Shown piece by piece: positions 27,822 to 36,918 of a DNA stretch of 64,000 nt. The notes under the pieces were generated by a model that saw only the letters and a program-made list of their open reading frames with translations, made no database searches and was not told the DNA's origin. The position numbers and the translations under genes are program-made. The DNA comes from Actinomycetota bacterium (GTDB lineage Bacteria > Actinomycetota > Thermoleophilia > RBG-16-64-13). The DNA lies in NCBI GenBank assembly GCA_016278725.1, contig JADQBG010000010.1:112229-176228 (forward strand). Direction: 5' to 3'. Positions within the stretch are counted from its first letter, which is position 1. The number at the start of each line of letters is the position of its first letter.

Positions 27822-29864
27822 ATGATGAGCGGGCGCCGCTCGCTGATGGTTTTTCTCGTGCTGGGTGCGTTCATCGTACTGGGCGGACTGACACTGTTTT
27901 CGCCGGAGGGGCCCAGCGACGCCCACGCCCTTTCGCAGTGGGTGCACGCCACGGCGCAGGACTGCGCGGACTGCCACCACACCCAACCCATCGGCTCGTT
28001 CTTCCCCTGCCTGCGCTGCCACGTCACCCCCGAGGTGCCCAACACGGTCTGTCAGAGCTGCCACGCCAACAAGGTCACCGAAGCCGAGCCCTGCTGGTCC
28101 TGCCACGAGCCGGGGCAGGACATGCCCGCCTGGACGAGTGAGGCCTGCCAGCAGTGCCACGGCACCAATCCTCATCCCTTCTCCCAATTTCTGGGACAGC
28201 CGGACTGCACCCGCTGCCACGTTCAGCAGGACCCCTCGCCCCACCACGATGGGGCGGATCAGGTGGCGCCGGATTCCTGCCGCGACTGCCACGCGACCCC
28301 CCCAAGTCACAACGGGGTCGGCTGCACCAGTTGCCACAGCACGGAGACCCATCCCAGCTATCCGGAGGTGCCAACCACCTGCTTCCAGTGCCACGAGCCC
28401 GCCACCTTCGGGGGCCAGCCGAGTTGTCTTACCTGCCACTTTGGAGCGGCCAACTTTGGCGGGGTGGGGGACGACGACGTCCACGACACCTCGATCCCTG
28501 ACCCGCCGATCACCGGTGACAGCTGTACCTCCTGCCATGCCGGCTTCGAACGGCACGCCGGTGAGATCGACTGCGAGACGTGCCACTTCCAGGCCACCGC
28601 GTTCCACCACAACCGCGCTCCCGATCCCGGATATCGGGACTGTGAGACGTGTCACGGCGAGACGCCGCAGCACGGGCAACAGGATTTGCCCTGTCAACAG
28701 TGTCACCAGGACGCCATACACAACGTGAACCCGCAACCGCCGGGGCCCGGCGTCTGCAACATCTGCCATGCTCCCGCCAACTTCGGTGTCGGCGACTGCC
28801 TGGACTGCCACGCACCGCCGGTCTATCACGCGGATCCCACGGTGCCGGGATGCACCTCGCACCACGGCCCGACCCAGATTCACGACAACCTGGGCAGTTG
28901 TGAGTCGTGCCACACCAACCCGGCGGAAGGTCACCATCTCACCCAGGTGAACATCCCCGACTGCCGCGCTTGCCACGAGCAGGACTTCCACGTGGGACAG
29001 ATCGAATGCTCGCGCTGCCACCAGAACTCCGCCCACGACAACACGCCCAGGAACCTGCCGACCCCGGTTTGGGACGTCTGTCTGCAGTGCCACCCCTTCG
29101 CCGCCAAGGCTCCGGCCTGCTCGGAGTGCCACGACACTACCCAGCACAGCGCCACCTATCGGGTGCCGGACGACTGCAATGCCTGCCACGACAAAACCCT
29201 CCATGCGGGCAAGGTCCAATGCCAGAGCTGCCACACACGCATAGAGTCCGGCCACCACAACGACGGCCCGGTGACGGCACGGGCCTGCTCCGATTGCCAC
29301 GTGGGAGCGCAGGTGCATGCCGCTTCGACCGAAGGAGGTAGCGGCTTCAGCTGTTCGACCTGTCACGAGGGCGGAGTTCACGGAGTGGTCAAACTGCCCA
29401 ACCGCGAGCGCTGCCTGGAATGTCATGAGCAAGCGCCCGAACACGCAGCGGACCTCGAGTGCATTCAGTGTCACTGGCCCGCCGCCCACGACGCCAGCCC
29501 GGTCGCCGGCGAATTCGGCAACTACGAGCCCCTGGCCTTGCGTCTACCCCCCTCGGCCGGTGCGCCGGGCGATGAGGGAGAGACTCGGGACGAGTTCACC
29601 AACACCGGGGCTGATCTCAGGATCTACGTGCTCTTGGGCGGGGCCCTGATGATGGCCGGCTTGATGGCCCGCTACTGGCGGCGTCCGCAACCGCTGCTGC
29701 TGCCCGGTTCCCCGGCGCCGTCCGGCTCGCGAGTTCCTTCGGCTCCCGAAGCGCCCACTCGGGGGCGCGCTGCGACCCGCGCCGGAACCCCTGCCGCTAC
29801 CCCCCGGCCCAAGCGCGCGGGCAAGAAGGCGCCACGCGGCGGACGCAAAAGGCGCAAGCGCTAG
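27822..29864 (+). CDS. giant multihaem c-type cytochrome (~27 CXXCH), membrane-anchored
   Basis: Start chosen at MMSGRRSLMVFLVLGAFIVLGGLTLF (N-terminal TM helix) just after the upstream stop. 27 canonical CXXCH motifs plus one degenerate CTSHH, with many HH pairs. C-terminal hydrophobic helix is followed by a polybasic tail. Confidence 0.8.
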   Translation: MMSGRRSLMVFLVLGAFIVLGGLTLFSPEGPSDAHALSQWVHATAQDCADCHHTQPIGSFFPCLRCHVTPEVPNTVCQSCHANKVTEAEPCWSCHEPGQDMPAWTSEACQQCHGTNPHPFSQFLGQPDCTRCHVQQDPSPHHDGADQVAPDSCRDCHATPPSHNGVGCTSCHSTETHPSYPEVPTTCFQCHEPATFGGQPSCLTCHFGAANFGGVGDDDVHDTSIPDPPITGDSCTSCHAGFERHAGEIDCETCHFQATAFHHNRAPDPGYRDCETCHGETPQHGQQDLPCQQCHQDAIHNVNPQPPGPGVCNICHAPANFGVGDCLDCHAPPVYHADPTVPGCTSHHGPTQIHDNLGSCESCHTNPAEGHHLTQVNIPDCRACHEQDFHVGQIECSRCHQNSAHDNTPRNLPTPVWDVCLQCHPFAAKAPACSECHDTTQHSATYRVPDDCNACHDKTLHAGKVQCQSCHTRIESGHHNDGPVTARACSDCHVGAQVHAASTEGGSGFSCSTCHEGGVHGVVKLPNRERCLECHEQAPEHAADLECIQCHWPAAHDASPVAGEFGNYEPLALRLPPSAGAPGDEGETRDEFTNTGADLRIYVLLGGALMMAGLMARYWRRPQPLLLPGSPAPSGSRVPSAPEAPTRGRAATRAGTPAATPRPKRAGKKAPRGGRKRRKR

Positions 29865-30133
29865 AAGTCGACGAACTCCCCGTCGTGCTCCTGGCAGGAA
29901 AGCAGATCCAGGACCGAGCGGTCCTCCTGCACCTCGCCCACGAAGACGACCGAGGGCCCGGTGTAGAGAGTGACCCGGGCGCCCACGGGGAGCCGCAGCG
30001 GTTTTCCCTCCGTGTCGGTCAGCTCACGCAAGCGGGAGTGATCGGCCTCCCATTCCACGCGCGCAGACCCTATCGGGAAGGGTTCGGCCTCACCCACCCG
30101 CAACCGCGGTTCTTTGTCGGCGGTGATCTTCAT
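29861..30133 (-). CDS. hypothetical small protein (90 aa) downstream of larB
   Basis: Same strand as, and immediately after, larB. No recognisable motif. Confidence 0.4.
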   Translation of the reverse strand: MKITADKEPRLRVGEAEPFPIGSARVEWEADHSRLRELTDTEGKPLRLPVGARVTLYTGPSVVFVGEVQEDRSVLDLLSCQEHDGEFVDF

Positions 30134-30165
30134 GATTGGGATATCGGCCGGAGGGGCGGATTGGC

Positions 30166-30969
30166 TTAAGCGGTCCGGCTCCGTGAGGCGCGCAGGGCGA
30201 TGAGCGCGGCCGCGGCTCCGGCCCCCACGCCGTTATCCACGTTTACGACCACCACTCCCGGCGAGCAGGTCTGGAGCATGGCGTAGAGGGCCGCGGTGCC
30301 GTCTCCTCCGACCCCGTAGCCGGTCGAGGTGGGTACTCCGATAACCGGCACGGATACCAGTCCGCCCACCACCGAGGGCAGCGCCCCCTCCATGCCTGCC
30401 ACGACGATGAGCGCGTCCACCTCGGCCCGCACCATGTCGGCCAGCGGTTCGAGCAGGCGGTGTACTCCGGAGACCCCCACGTCGAAAGCGCGTTCGGCGC
30501 CGACGCCCATGTGGCGCGCCACCAAAGCGGCCTCCTCGGCCACGGGGACGTCCGAGGTTCCGGCCGTCAGCACCCCGATCTTCCCCCCACCCTCGGGCGG
30601 GGCGTAGTCGGGGAGCGTCGCCTCGAGGGTCCGGTTCATGCGGGAATGATCGAGGATCACCCCGGGATGCTCCCGGCGCACCCGCTCCTCGAGCGGAACC
30701 AATCTGTCGGGTTCCAGGCGGCTGACCAGGGCCAAGCCCTTGGCGGTCAGGAAGCGGCTGACGATCGCGGCGAGAATCTCGTCATCCTTGCTGGGGGCGT
30801 AGATCACCTCGGGCACGGCTTTTCGCTCTCGCCGGCCGAGGTCCAGGCGGGCAAAGCCCTCCACCTCTGCGATCTGGAGCAGGGGCAGCAGGCCCAACGC
30901 CTCCTCGATTCCGATATCGCCCGCGGCCAGTTCCTCCAAGACGCGGCGCAGATTCAGATCGCCCCTCAC
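30166..30969 (-). CDS. larB: nickel-pincer cofactor biosynthesis protein LarB (PurE-like)
   Basis: 267 aa; PurE-like C-terminal half (GVLTAGTSDVP...VIGVPTSTGYG...VVNVDNGVGAG) with the N-terminal extension typical of LarB. Confidence 0.7.
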   Translation of the reverse strand: MRGDLNLRRVLEELAAGDIGIEEALGLLPLLQIAEVEGFARLDLGRRERKAVPEVIYAPSKDDEILAAIVSRFLTAKGLALVSRLEPDRLVPLEERVRREHPGVILDHSRMNRTLEATLPDYAPPEGGGKIGVLTAGTSDVPVAEEAALVARHMGVGAERAFDVGVSGVHRLLEPLADMVRAEVDALIVVAGMEGALPSVVGGLVSVPVIGVPTSTGYGVGGDGTAALYAMLQTCSPGVVVVNVDNGVGAGAAAALIALRASRSRTA

Positions 30970-31859
30970 GGCGCCCGCCAGCCCGATCTCTCCAACAGGC
31001 GCAGAGTATTGCCGCCGAAGATCGGTCCGCGCAGGCCGGGATCGAGGTCGTCGGTGTCGCTCAGATAGCGCCCGGGCGAGATCAGGGGGAAATCGCTGCC
31101 GAAAAGGATTTTATCCGGCCCGGCGGCGCTTGCAGCCAGAGAGTAGATGTCGCGGCGGTAGAGGTAGGGCGCGGCCGAGGTGTCGTAATAGACTCGGGCC
31201 AAGGTCTCCTTGGCCTTGGGCATCATCTCGTAGAAAAAGAGGCCGCCGCCCATGTGCGCGTAGATGATGTCCAGGTCGGGATGCCGCTCGGCGAACCGGT
31301 AACAGGGACCCGGGGTGTTGTCGCCTTTGCCGGGATACTTGTGGCCTACCGGCTCGTTGGAGTGCACCATCAGCAAGGCGTCCCGCTCGCGCAAGGCATC
31401 GGCAATCAGATCGAGTCCGGATGGCTCCCCCAGCTCGAAGCGCTGACCGTCCGGGAAGAGCTCGCCGCAACCCACCAGACCGGCGTCCAGGGTGCGCTCG
31501 ACCTCGTCAAGGGCTCCGGGCTGCTCCGGCGAGACGCTCGTCAGCCCGGCCAACCTTGCCGGATAGGCCCGCACCGCCTCGATCACGTAATCGTTGATCT
31601 CGCGGCAGAGCCCCTGGTCCTCGAAGGCGAAGCCGAAGATGACGGACAGATCCACGCCGGTCGCGTCCATCTCGGCCACCACCTGCTCGAAGGTGACCAT
31701 CCGCGCCTTGGGGTCCGTGTACAGGGTGCGGAACCACAGGTCCCGCTCCAGGTACTCCTCGCGGCGGGCGATCATCTCCGGGGTGAAGACGTGGACGTGG
31801 GCGTCGATGATGGGGGTTCGGCCGCCTGACGGTGGCCATCCCGGTGTTTGCCGGCTGAT
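30966..31859 (-). CDS. amidohydrolase-2 (PF04909-type TIM-barrel metal-dependent hydrolase/decarboxylase) with a non-canonical start
   Basis: The essential N-terminal IIDAHVHVF (HxH) motif lies upstream of the first ATG (31775). A perfect AGGAGG RBS with a 6-nt spacer precedes an in-frame ATC at 31859. No ATG/GTG/TTG lies in between. Confidence 0.55.
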   Translation of the reverse strand: MSRQTPGWPPSGGRTPIIDAHVHVFTPEMIARREEYLERDLWFRTLYTDPKARMVTFEQVVAEMDATGVDLSVIFGFAFEDQGLCREINDYVIEAVRAYPARLAGLTSVSPEQPGALDEVERTLDAGLVGCGELFPDGQRFELGEPSGLDLIADALRERDALLMVHSNEPVGHKYPGKGDNTPGPCYRFAERHPDLDIIYAHMGGGLFFYEMMPKAKETLARVYYDTSAAPYLYRRDIYSLAASAAGPDKILFGSDFPLISPGRYLSDTDDLDPGLRGPIFGGNTLRLLERSGWRAP

Positions 31860-31869
31860 GGTTCCCCTC

Positions 31870-32814
31870 CTAGTGCTTGGGCAAGAGTGCGGTCTTCAGG
31901 ATCCGCTCCACCAGTTCAGGATAGTCGATTCCGGCCGCCCGGGCCTGGGCCGGAAGGTCGCTCAGATCGGTCATCCCGGGCAGCGTGTTGACCTCGGTGA
32001 ACTGGCAGGTGCCGTCGGCCTCCACCATGAAGTCCACCCGGGCATAGCCGCTGCAGCCCAGGATGCGGAAGGCCTCGACGGAGAGGCGCATGGCCTCTCG
32101 GGTGACCTCGTCGGAGAGACGGGCGGGGATGATGAACTCGGTCATCCCGTGCGTGTATTTGGCTTCGTAGTCGTAGAAATCGTTCTTGGGAACCAGTTCC
32201 AGAATGGGCAGAGCCACGATCCCCTCGGGACCTTCGAGCACGCCCACGGTGATCTCCATCCCGGAGACGAAGGCCTCGACGAACAAAGGCCCGTAGCGCG
32301 CGCGATCCTGCTCGATTGCGTGGACCACATCCGCCTCGCCGTAGCATTTGCGCACGCCCACGCTCGAGCCTTCCTCAACCGGCTTCACCATGACCGGGAA
32401 GCCCAACTCGCGCGCCACCCGGGCGGCCAACTCGGCGGGATCGGCGTCGGCGGAAACCTCGATAAAGTCAGGAGTGGGCAGTCCGCTCTGCCGGACCACC
32501 TTCTTGCAGCAGACTTTGTGCATGGCCAAGGCCGACGCCAGGACACCCGAGCCGGTGTAGGGAATGTCCAGCAACTCCAGCATGCCCTGGATGGTCCCAT
32601 CCTCGCCGAAACGTCCGTGCAGGGCGAGAAAGGCGACCTCTATCTGCTCTTCGTCGAGGCGTTGGGCGACGTCGCGCACCGCATCGACTGCGACGGCGTG
32701 GTAGCCCTTCTCCTGCAGCGCCTTCAGGCACATGGCACCTGAACGAAGGGAGACCTCCCGTTCCACCGAGAGACCTCCCATGAGAACGCCGATCTTCTTG
32801 AGCTTCAGATCCAC
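31870..32814 (-). CDS. ddl: D-alanine--D-alanine ligase
   Basis: KIGVLMGGLSVEREVSLRSG...ALHGRFGEDGTIQG...ATP-grasp motifs; 314 aa. Confidence 0.9.
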   Translation of the reverse strand: MDLKLKKIGVLMGGLSVEREVSLRSGAMCLKALQEKGYHAVAVDAVRDVAQRLDEEQIEVAFLALHGRFGEDGTIQGMLELLDIPYTGSGVLASALAMHKVCCKKVVRQSGLPTPDFIEVSADADPAELAARVARELGFPVMVKPVEEGSSVGVRKCYGEADVVHAIEQDRARYGPLFVEAFVSGMEITVGVLEGPEGIVALPILELVPKNDFYDYEAKYTHGMTEFIIPARLSDEVTREAMRLSVEAFRILGCSGYARVDFMVEADGTCQFTEVNTLPGMTDLSDLPAQARAAGIDYPELVERILKTALLPKH

Positions 32815-32918
32815 GCCGCCACTGTACCATGAGGCTTCGGTGGCGGGATGGTGGGCGGGGCCGAGGCGCGACGAGCGGTGGAAAGCGCGGCAGGCCCGCG
32901 GCGGGGAGCGCGGCGCTT

Positions 32919-33998
32919 CTAACCGACCGCTACCTGCGGCTCGGGTTGTGGCTGCGGCAGTTGGCGGTGGGCGGCGGCAGGTTCTCCGTCAGCCGCCTGG
33001 CGACGAGGCAGGACCGAGGCCGCCGCAGTCGCAAGCAATGCTTCTGCTTCCATGCCGTCTCGGGGACCCAAGGCGTAGCCGACTTCACACTCAACCCGTC
33101 TCCCTTCGATGAGTTTCCCGCGGACCGACCGGGCAACGGAGGCGGCAGTCTCCGCCGCCTGGATCGGCCCGCAGGCGGGGAGGAGGAAAGCGATGGAATC
33201 TTCGGAGAGACGGAAGCCCTCACCCTCGGCCCCGACCTCTCGGCCGGACCGACGGCAAATGCAATTGAGGGCCCGGTGCGCGGAGTCTTCGCCGAAGTAA
33301 TCGACCAGTTCGCGGTAGCGGCGAATCCGCACGGTCACCAGGCCGAAGGATTTCTTCCTCGCCAGGGCCAGTTCCAGTTCGTCCTCTACCGCACGAGCGA
33401 AGCGGTGTGCCGAGAGAAAGCCGGTGACCGGGTCGACGAGCGCCTGGGATGTGTGCAACCGGGCAAGCCGGCGCCGGCGCTGCAGGATGGCCGAGGAAGT
33501 TATCCCCACCACCCAGAGAACAGCCACCGGAGCGGCGAGCCACTCGGTTGTCCCCCAGATGACCAGCGGGAGAGTCATCGCCACATCGAACAGCGTGAGC
33601 AGGTAACCCAGTCCCTGATCGTCGGCAAAGATAACGGTTAGACGTATGGCCCAAATTGAATAGAGCACGAGGGCGGTCGAATAGAGGACAGAAAAAAGGC
33701 CCACCTCGATGCCGAATGCCGGTGGGCCGAAGAGGGCGAGAAACCCGAACACCAAGATCCTATAAAGGGCCTTCTGGTGCTCTCCGTTTGGATGAGACCG
33801 GGCTGTCGCTCGTGCACCCAATGAAATTCTGGTTGCAGCATAAAACCTATGAACCGCTAAAGCAAGAAGAATTGCAAAATAAGTAAATGAAATATGGCGG
33901 GGGATGGGGGCGGCCCACCCCGCCGTTGCCCCAGCAAGTTTTCCATCAACTCCCAGCGGAGATGGATGCATCATCGGTCGAAGGCGGTCCGCCCCCAA
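32919..33998 (-). CDS. membrane protein with a degenerate GGDEF domain (GGDEF -> SEDSI)
   Basis: 4-5 TM helices, then a GGDEF-fold domain (DPVTGFLSAHRF...LVTVRIRRYREL...). The active-site position reads RLSEDSIAFLLP instead of RYGGEEFAVLL. Confidence 0.6.
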   Translation of the reverse strand: MGADRLRPMMHPSPLGVDGKLAGATAGWAAPIPRHISFTYFAILLALAVHRFYAATRISLGARATARSHPNGEHQKALYRILVFGFLALFGPPAFGIEVGLFSVLYSTALVLYSIWAIRLTVIFADDQGLGYLLTLFDVAMTLPLVIWGTTEWLAAPVAVLWVVGITSSAILQRRRRLARLHTSQALVDPVTGFLSAHRFARAVEDELELALARKKSFGLVTVRIRRYRELVDYFGEDSAHRALNCICRRSGREVGAEGEGFRLSEDSIAFLLPACGPIQAAETAASVARSVRGKLIEGRRVECEVGYALGPRDGMEAEALLATAAASVLPRRQAADGEPAAAHRQLPQPQPEPQVAVG

Positions 33999-34010
33999 CC
34001 CAACCGGGAG

Positions 34011-35450
34011 ATGCAGTTGCGAGCTTTTGCGCAGGAAGTGCTTTCGTACTTGGACGGCCTCGCCTACGGCGATGTGCGCGTGGTGCGGATACGCTCCGAG
34101 TACCTGAAGCTAAAGAACGGCCGGCTCGAAGCCTGGAGTGACGAGGAGACTCTGGGCTTTGGAGTACGCGTGCTGGTCGACGGAGCATGGGGGTTCGCGT
34201 CTTCCCTGGAATTGAGCTCGATCGGCGGTCGCGAGGCGGCCGCGGAAGCCGTCCGGCGCGCCGCGGCCTCGGCCCGCGTGACCGCCGAACCGGTCCGTCT
34301 AGCTTCGGTGGCTCCTCACGTTGCCCAGGTCTTCTCCGATCCCGCGGAGTCGCCCTTCCTCCTCAGCCCCGAGAGCAAGCTGGAATTTCTCCACCAGGCC
34401 GCCGAGCCCCTGGTCGCGGCCGGGGTCACCTTCGCCACCGCCTCCTTGGGTGCCGTGGAAGAGGAAAAGGTCTTCGCCTCCACCGAAGGGAGCCTGATCG
34501 AGCAACGCCGCACCACGACCGGCGGCGGCATCGACGCAACCATGGTCCGTGACGGCGACGTGCAGATCCGCTCCTATCCCGCGGCGCACGATGGCGGTTG
34601 GGGGCTGGGCGGCTTCGAGTTGGTGCGGGCGTTCGATCTGGCCGGCAATGCCCCGCGCATAGCCGAGGAGGCGCGGGCGTTGCTCGACGCCGAAACCTGC
34701 CCCACTCTGCGTACCACCGTGATCCTGGACGCCGACCAGGTCGCCCTGCAGCTCCACGAGTCGATCGGCCATCCCACCGAACTCGACCGCATCCTGGGCA
34801 CCGAAGCCAGCTACGCCGGGACCAGCTTCGTTCACCTCGAGGATCTCGGCCACCTGCGCTACGGTTCGCCGCTGCTAAACGTGACCGCAGACGCGACCAC
34901 GGCCGGCGCCTTGGGCACCATCGCCTTCGACGACGAGGGCGTGGCCGGTCAGAGCGTTCCCCTGATTAGGAAAGGAATCCTGGTCGGCCTGCAATCCAGC
35001 CGCGAGACGGCGCCCCTCATCGGCCGGAGCTCCAGCGGGGCCATGCGGGCTTCGGGATGGAACCGAATCCCCCTGGTGCGCATGACCAACATCAACCTGG
35101 AGCCGGGCGAGTCCTCCCTGGAGCAGTTGATCGCGGAAACGGAGGAGGGGGTGCTGATGTCCACCAACAAGGGGTGGAGTATCGACGACCGCCGTCTGAA
35201 CTTCCACTTCGCCACCGAGATCGGCTGGAAGATCGAGAAGGGCGAACTCAAGCAGATGCTGCGCGACTGCACCTACTCCGGGGTGACTCCCGCATTCTGG
35301 GGATCGCTGGACGGGCTCGGCAAGGTCTCGGAACGCCGGGTGGTCGGCCTGACCAACTGCGGCAAGGGCGAGCCCGGCCAGTCGATGCCGGTGGCCCACG
35401 CGGTGGTACCGGCACGGTTTCGCTCCGTGGCGGTCGGGGAGGGCGAATGA
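34011..35450 (+). CDS. tldD: TldD-family metalloprotease
   Basis: HESIGH (HExxxH) motif and TldD/PmbA fold. Start at MQLRAFAQEV; the ORF-track start at 33894 is an upstream extension. Confidence 0.8.
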   Translation: MQLRAFAQEVLSYLDGLAYGDVRVVRIRSEYLKLKNGRLEAWSDEETLGFGVRVLVDGAWGFASSLELSSIGGREAAAEAVRRAAASARVTAEPVRLASVAPHVAQVFSDPAESPFLLSPESKLEFLHQAAEPLVAAGVTFATASLGAVEEEKVFASTEGSLIEQRRTTTGGGIDATMVRDGDVQIRSYPAAHDGGWGLGGFELVRAFDLAGNAPRIAEEARALLDAETCPTLRTTVILDADQVALQLHESIGHPTELDRILGTEASYAGTSFVHLEDLGHLRYGSPLLNVTADATTAGALGTIAFDDEGVAGQSVPLIRKGILVGLQSSRETAPLIGRSSSGAMRASGWNRIPLVRMTNINLEPGESSLEQLIAETEEGVLMSTNKGWSIDDRRLNFHFATEIGWKIEKGELKQMLRDCTYSGVTPAFWGSLDGLGKVSERRVVGLTNCGKGEPGQSMPVAHAVVPARFRSVAVGEGE

Positions 35451-36859
35451 TTCCCCTGCTCAGCCGGACGGAAGCGCTCGATCGCGTTAACCACGCTCTG
35501 GCCGCCGCCAAACGCGCCGGCGCCACCCAGAGTGAGGCCGTGCTGATGACCGACGTTTCGGCGCTCACCCGCTACGCCGTCGACCGCATTCACCAGCACG
35601 TGGGCGAGAGCAACGCCCAGCTGCGCATCCGGGCCGTGAGCGAAGGCCGAGCGGCGGTGGCCGCGGGCAACCGCCTCGATTACCAGGGCATTGACGAACT
35701 GGCCGAGCGCGCCGTTGCCATGGCGCGGGCCTCCGAGCCAGACACGGGCTTGGAGATCATGCCCGAGACCCCCGAAACCGGCTACGTCGATCAGACGACC
35801 TACTACGAGTCGACGGCTCTTCTCGACGCCGACCAGCGGGCCGCGGTCGTGGGCGAGATTCTCCGCCGGCTCTCCGATGCGGGACAGGACGGCTTCGGCG
35901 CGCTCACCAATGGCCTATCCGAACACGCCGTCGCCAACAGCCACGGGATGCAGGCCTATCAGGCCTTCAGCGACGTCTGGCTCTCGGTGATCGCCCGTGC
36001 GCGCGAAGGCGCTGACGGCAGGCAACCACCCAGCGGCTACGCCACCGCGGCCAACCGGGATTGGGTCGAGCTGGACCCCCAGTTTGTCGCCTCGACGGCC
36101 ATGGAAAAGGCGAGTCCCCGGGCGAGCCGCCAGGTGCCGCCGGGCCGTTACCGGGTGCTTTTCGAAGAGGAGGCGGCGGCCGAACTCCTCTCCTACCTGG
36201 GCTATTTGGCGTTCAATGGACTCGCCTTCGAGGAGGGTCGCAGTCTTTTCAGCGGCAAGCTGGGAGAGGCGCGCTACCCTTCCTTGCTCACGGTCCGCGA
36301 CGATCCCACCGACGTGCGCGGGGCGAACCTATCCTTCGACTTCGAGGGCGTGGCCAAAGCCCCCTACACCCTGATCAGAGAGGGCCGGGTCGAGCGCGTG
36401 GTGTGGGACACGCTGCGCGCCAAGCAGTCCCGCGAGAGGACGGCCTCGGGCGAGCGGAGCACCGGCCATGCGCTGCCCGCGCCCAACACCTACGGTCCCA
36501 TGCCCTTCAACCTGGTGCTCTCCGGCGGCGAGTCGGATCGGGAGGAGCTCCTGCGCACGCTGGATCACGGCCTGCTGGTCACGCGCTTTCACTACTCCAA
36601 CACGGTGGATCCTGCGAAGACGCTGCTGACCGGCATGACCCGGGACGGGACCTTTCTGGTCGAGGACGGCAGGATCGTCGCGCGAACTCAGGACCTGCGC
36701 TGGGTGGATTCCGTCGACTCGTTGCTCAAGGGTTTGATCGCGGTGGGCGAGCAGCCTCGGCTGATCTCCGAGGGGCCCGGGTACGACCTGCGCTTCTTAT
36801 CCGGAGTGCTGGCAGCGCCGGTTGTCTGCGAGAGCTTTCACGTAACCGGCTCCGCCTGA
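35447..36859 (+). CDS. pmbA: PmbA/TldE-family protein (TldD partner)
   Basis: Start MIPLLSRTEALDR overlaps the tldD stop (ATGA). TldD/PmbA-family fold without the HExxxH motif, as expected for TldE. Confidence 0.75.
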   Translation: MIPLLSRTEALDRVNHALAAAKRAGATQSEAVLMTDVSALTRYAVDRIHQHVGESNAQLRIRAVSEGRAAVAAGNRLDYQGIDELAERAVAMARASEPDTGLEIMPETPETGYVDQTTYYESTALLDADQRAAVVGEILRRLSDAGQDGFGALTNGLSEHAVANSHGMQAYQAFSDVWLSVIARAREGADGRQPPSGYATAANRDWVELDPQFVASTAMEKASPRASRQVPPGRYRVLFEEEAAAELLSYLGYLAFNGLAFEEGRSLFSGKLGEARYPSLLTVRDDPTDVRGANLSFDFEGVAKAPYTLIREGRVERVVWDTLRAKQSRERTASGERSTGHALPAPNTYGPMPFNLVLSGGESDREELLRTLDHGLLVTRFHYSNTVDPAKTLLTGMTRDGTFLVEDGRIVARTQDLRWVDSVDSLLKGLIAVGEQPRLISEGPGYDLRFLSGVLAAPVVCESFHVTGSA

Positions 36860-36918
36860 CGCCGGCCCGCCCCCCCGGCACCGAACCCGGCCCCACGGGG
36901 CCGGCCACGTCAGATACC

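Noticed and set aside
27807-29489. 560-aa minus-strand ORF
   Set aside because: Antisense to the 27-haem cytochrome gene. The plus frame carries 27 CXXCH motifs and cannot be the non-coding one.
31507-31839. 110-aa minus-strand ORF starting MATVRRPNPHH
   Set aside because: It is an out-of-frame overlap of the amidohydrolase-2 N-terminus. It is relevant only as a possible marker of an indel at the adjacent C5 run (see the larB finding).
35057-35446. Upstream 130-aa extension of the pmbA ORF (ORF-track start 35057)
   Set aside because: This region is the 3' end of tldD in another frame. The family-typical start MIPLLSRTEALDR at 35447 overlaps the tldD stop.
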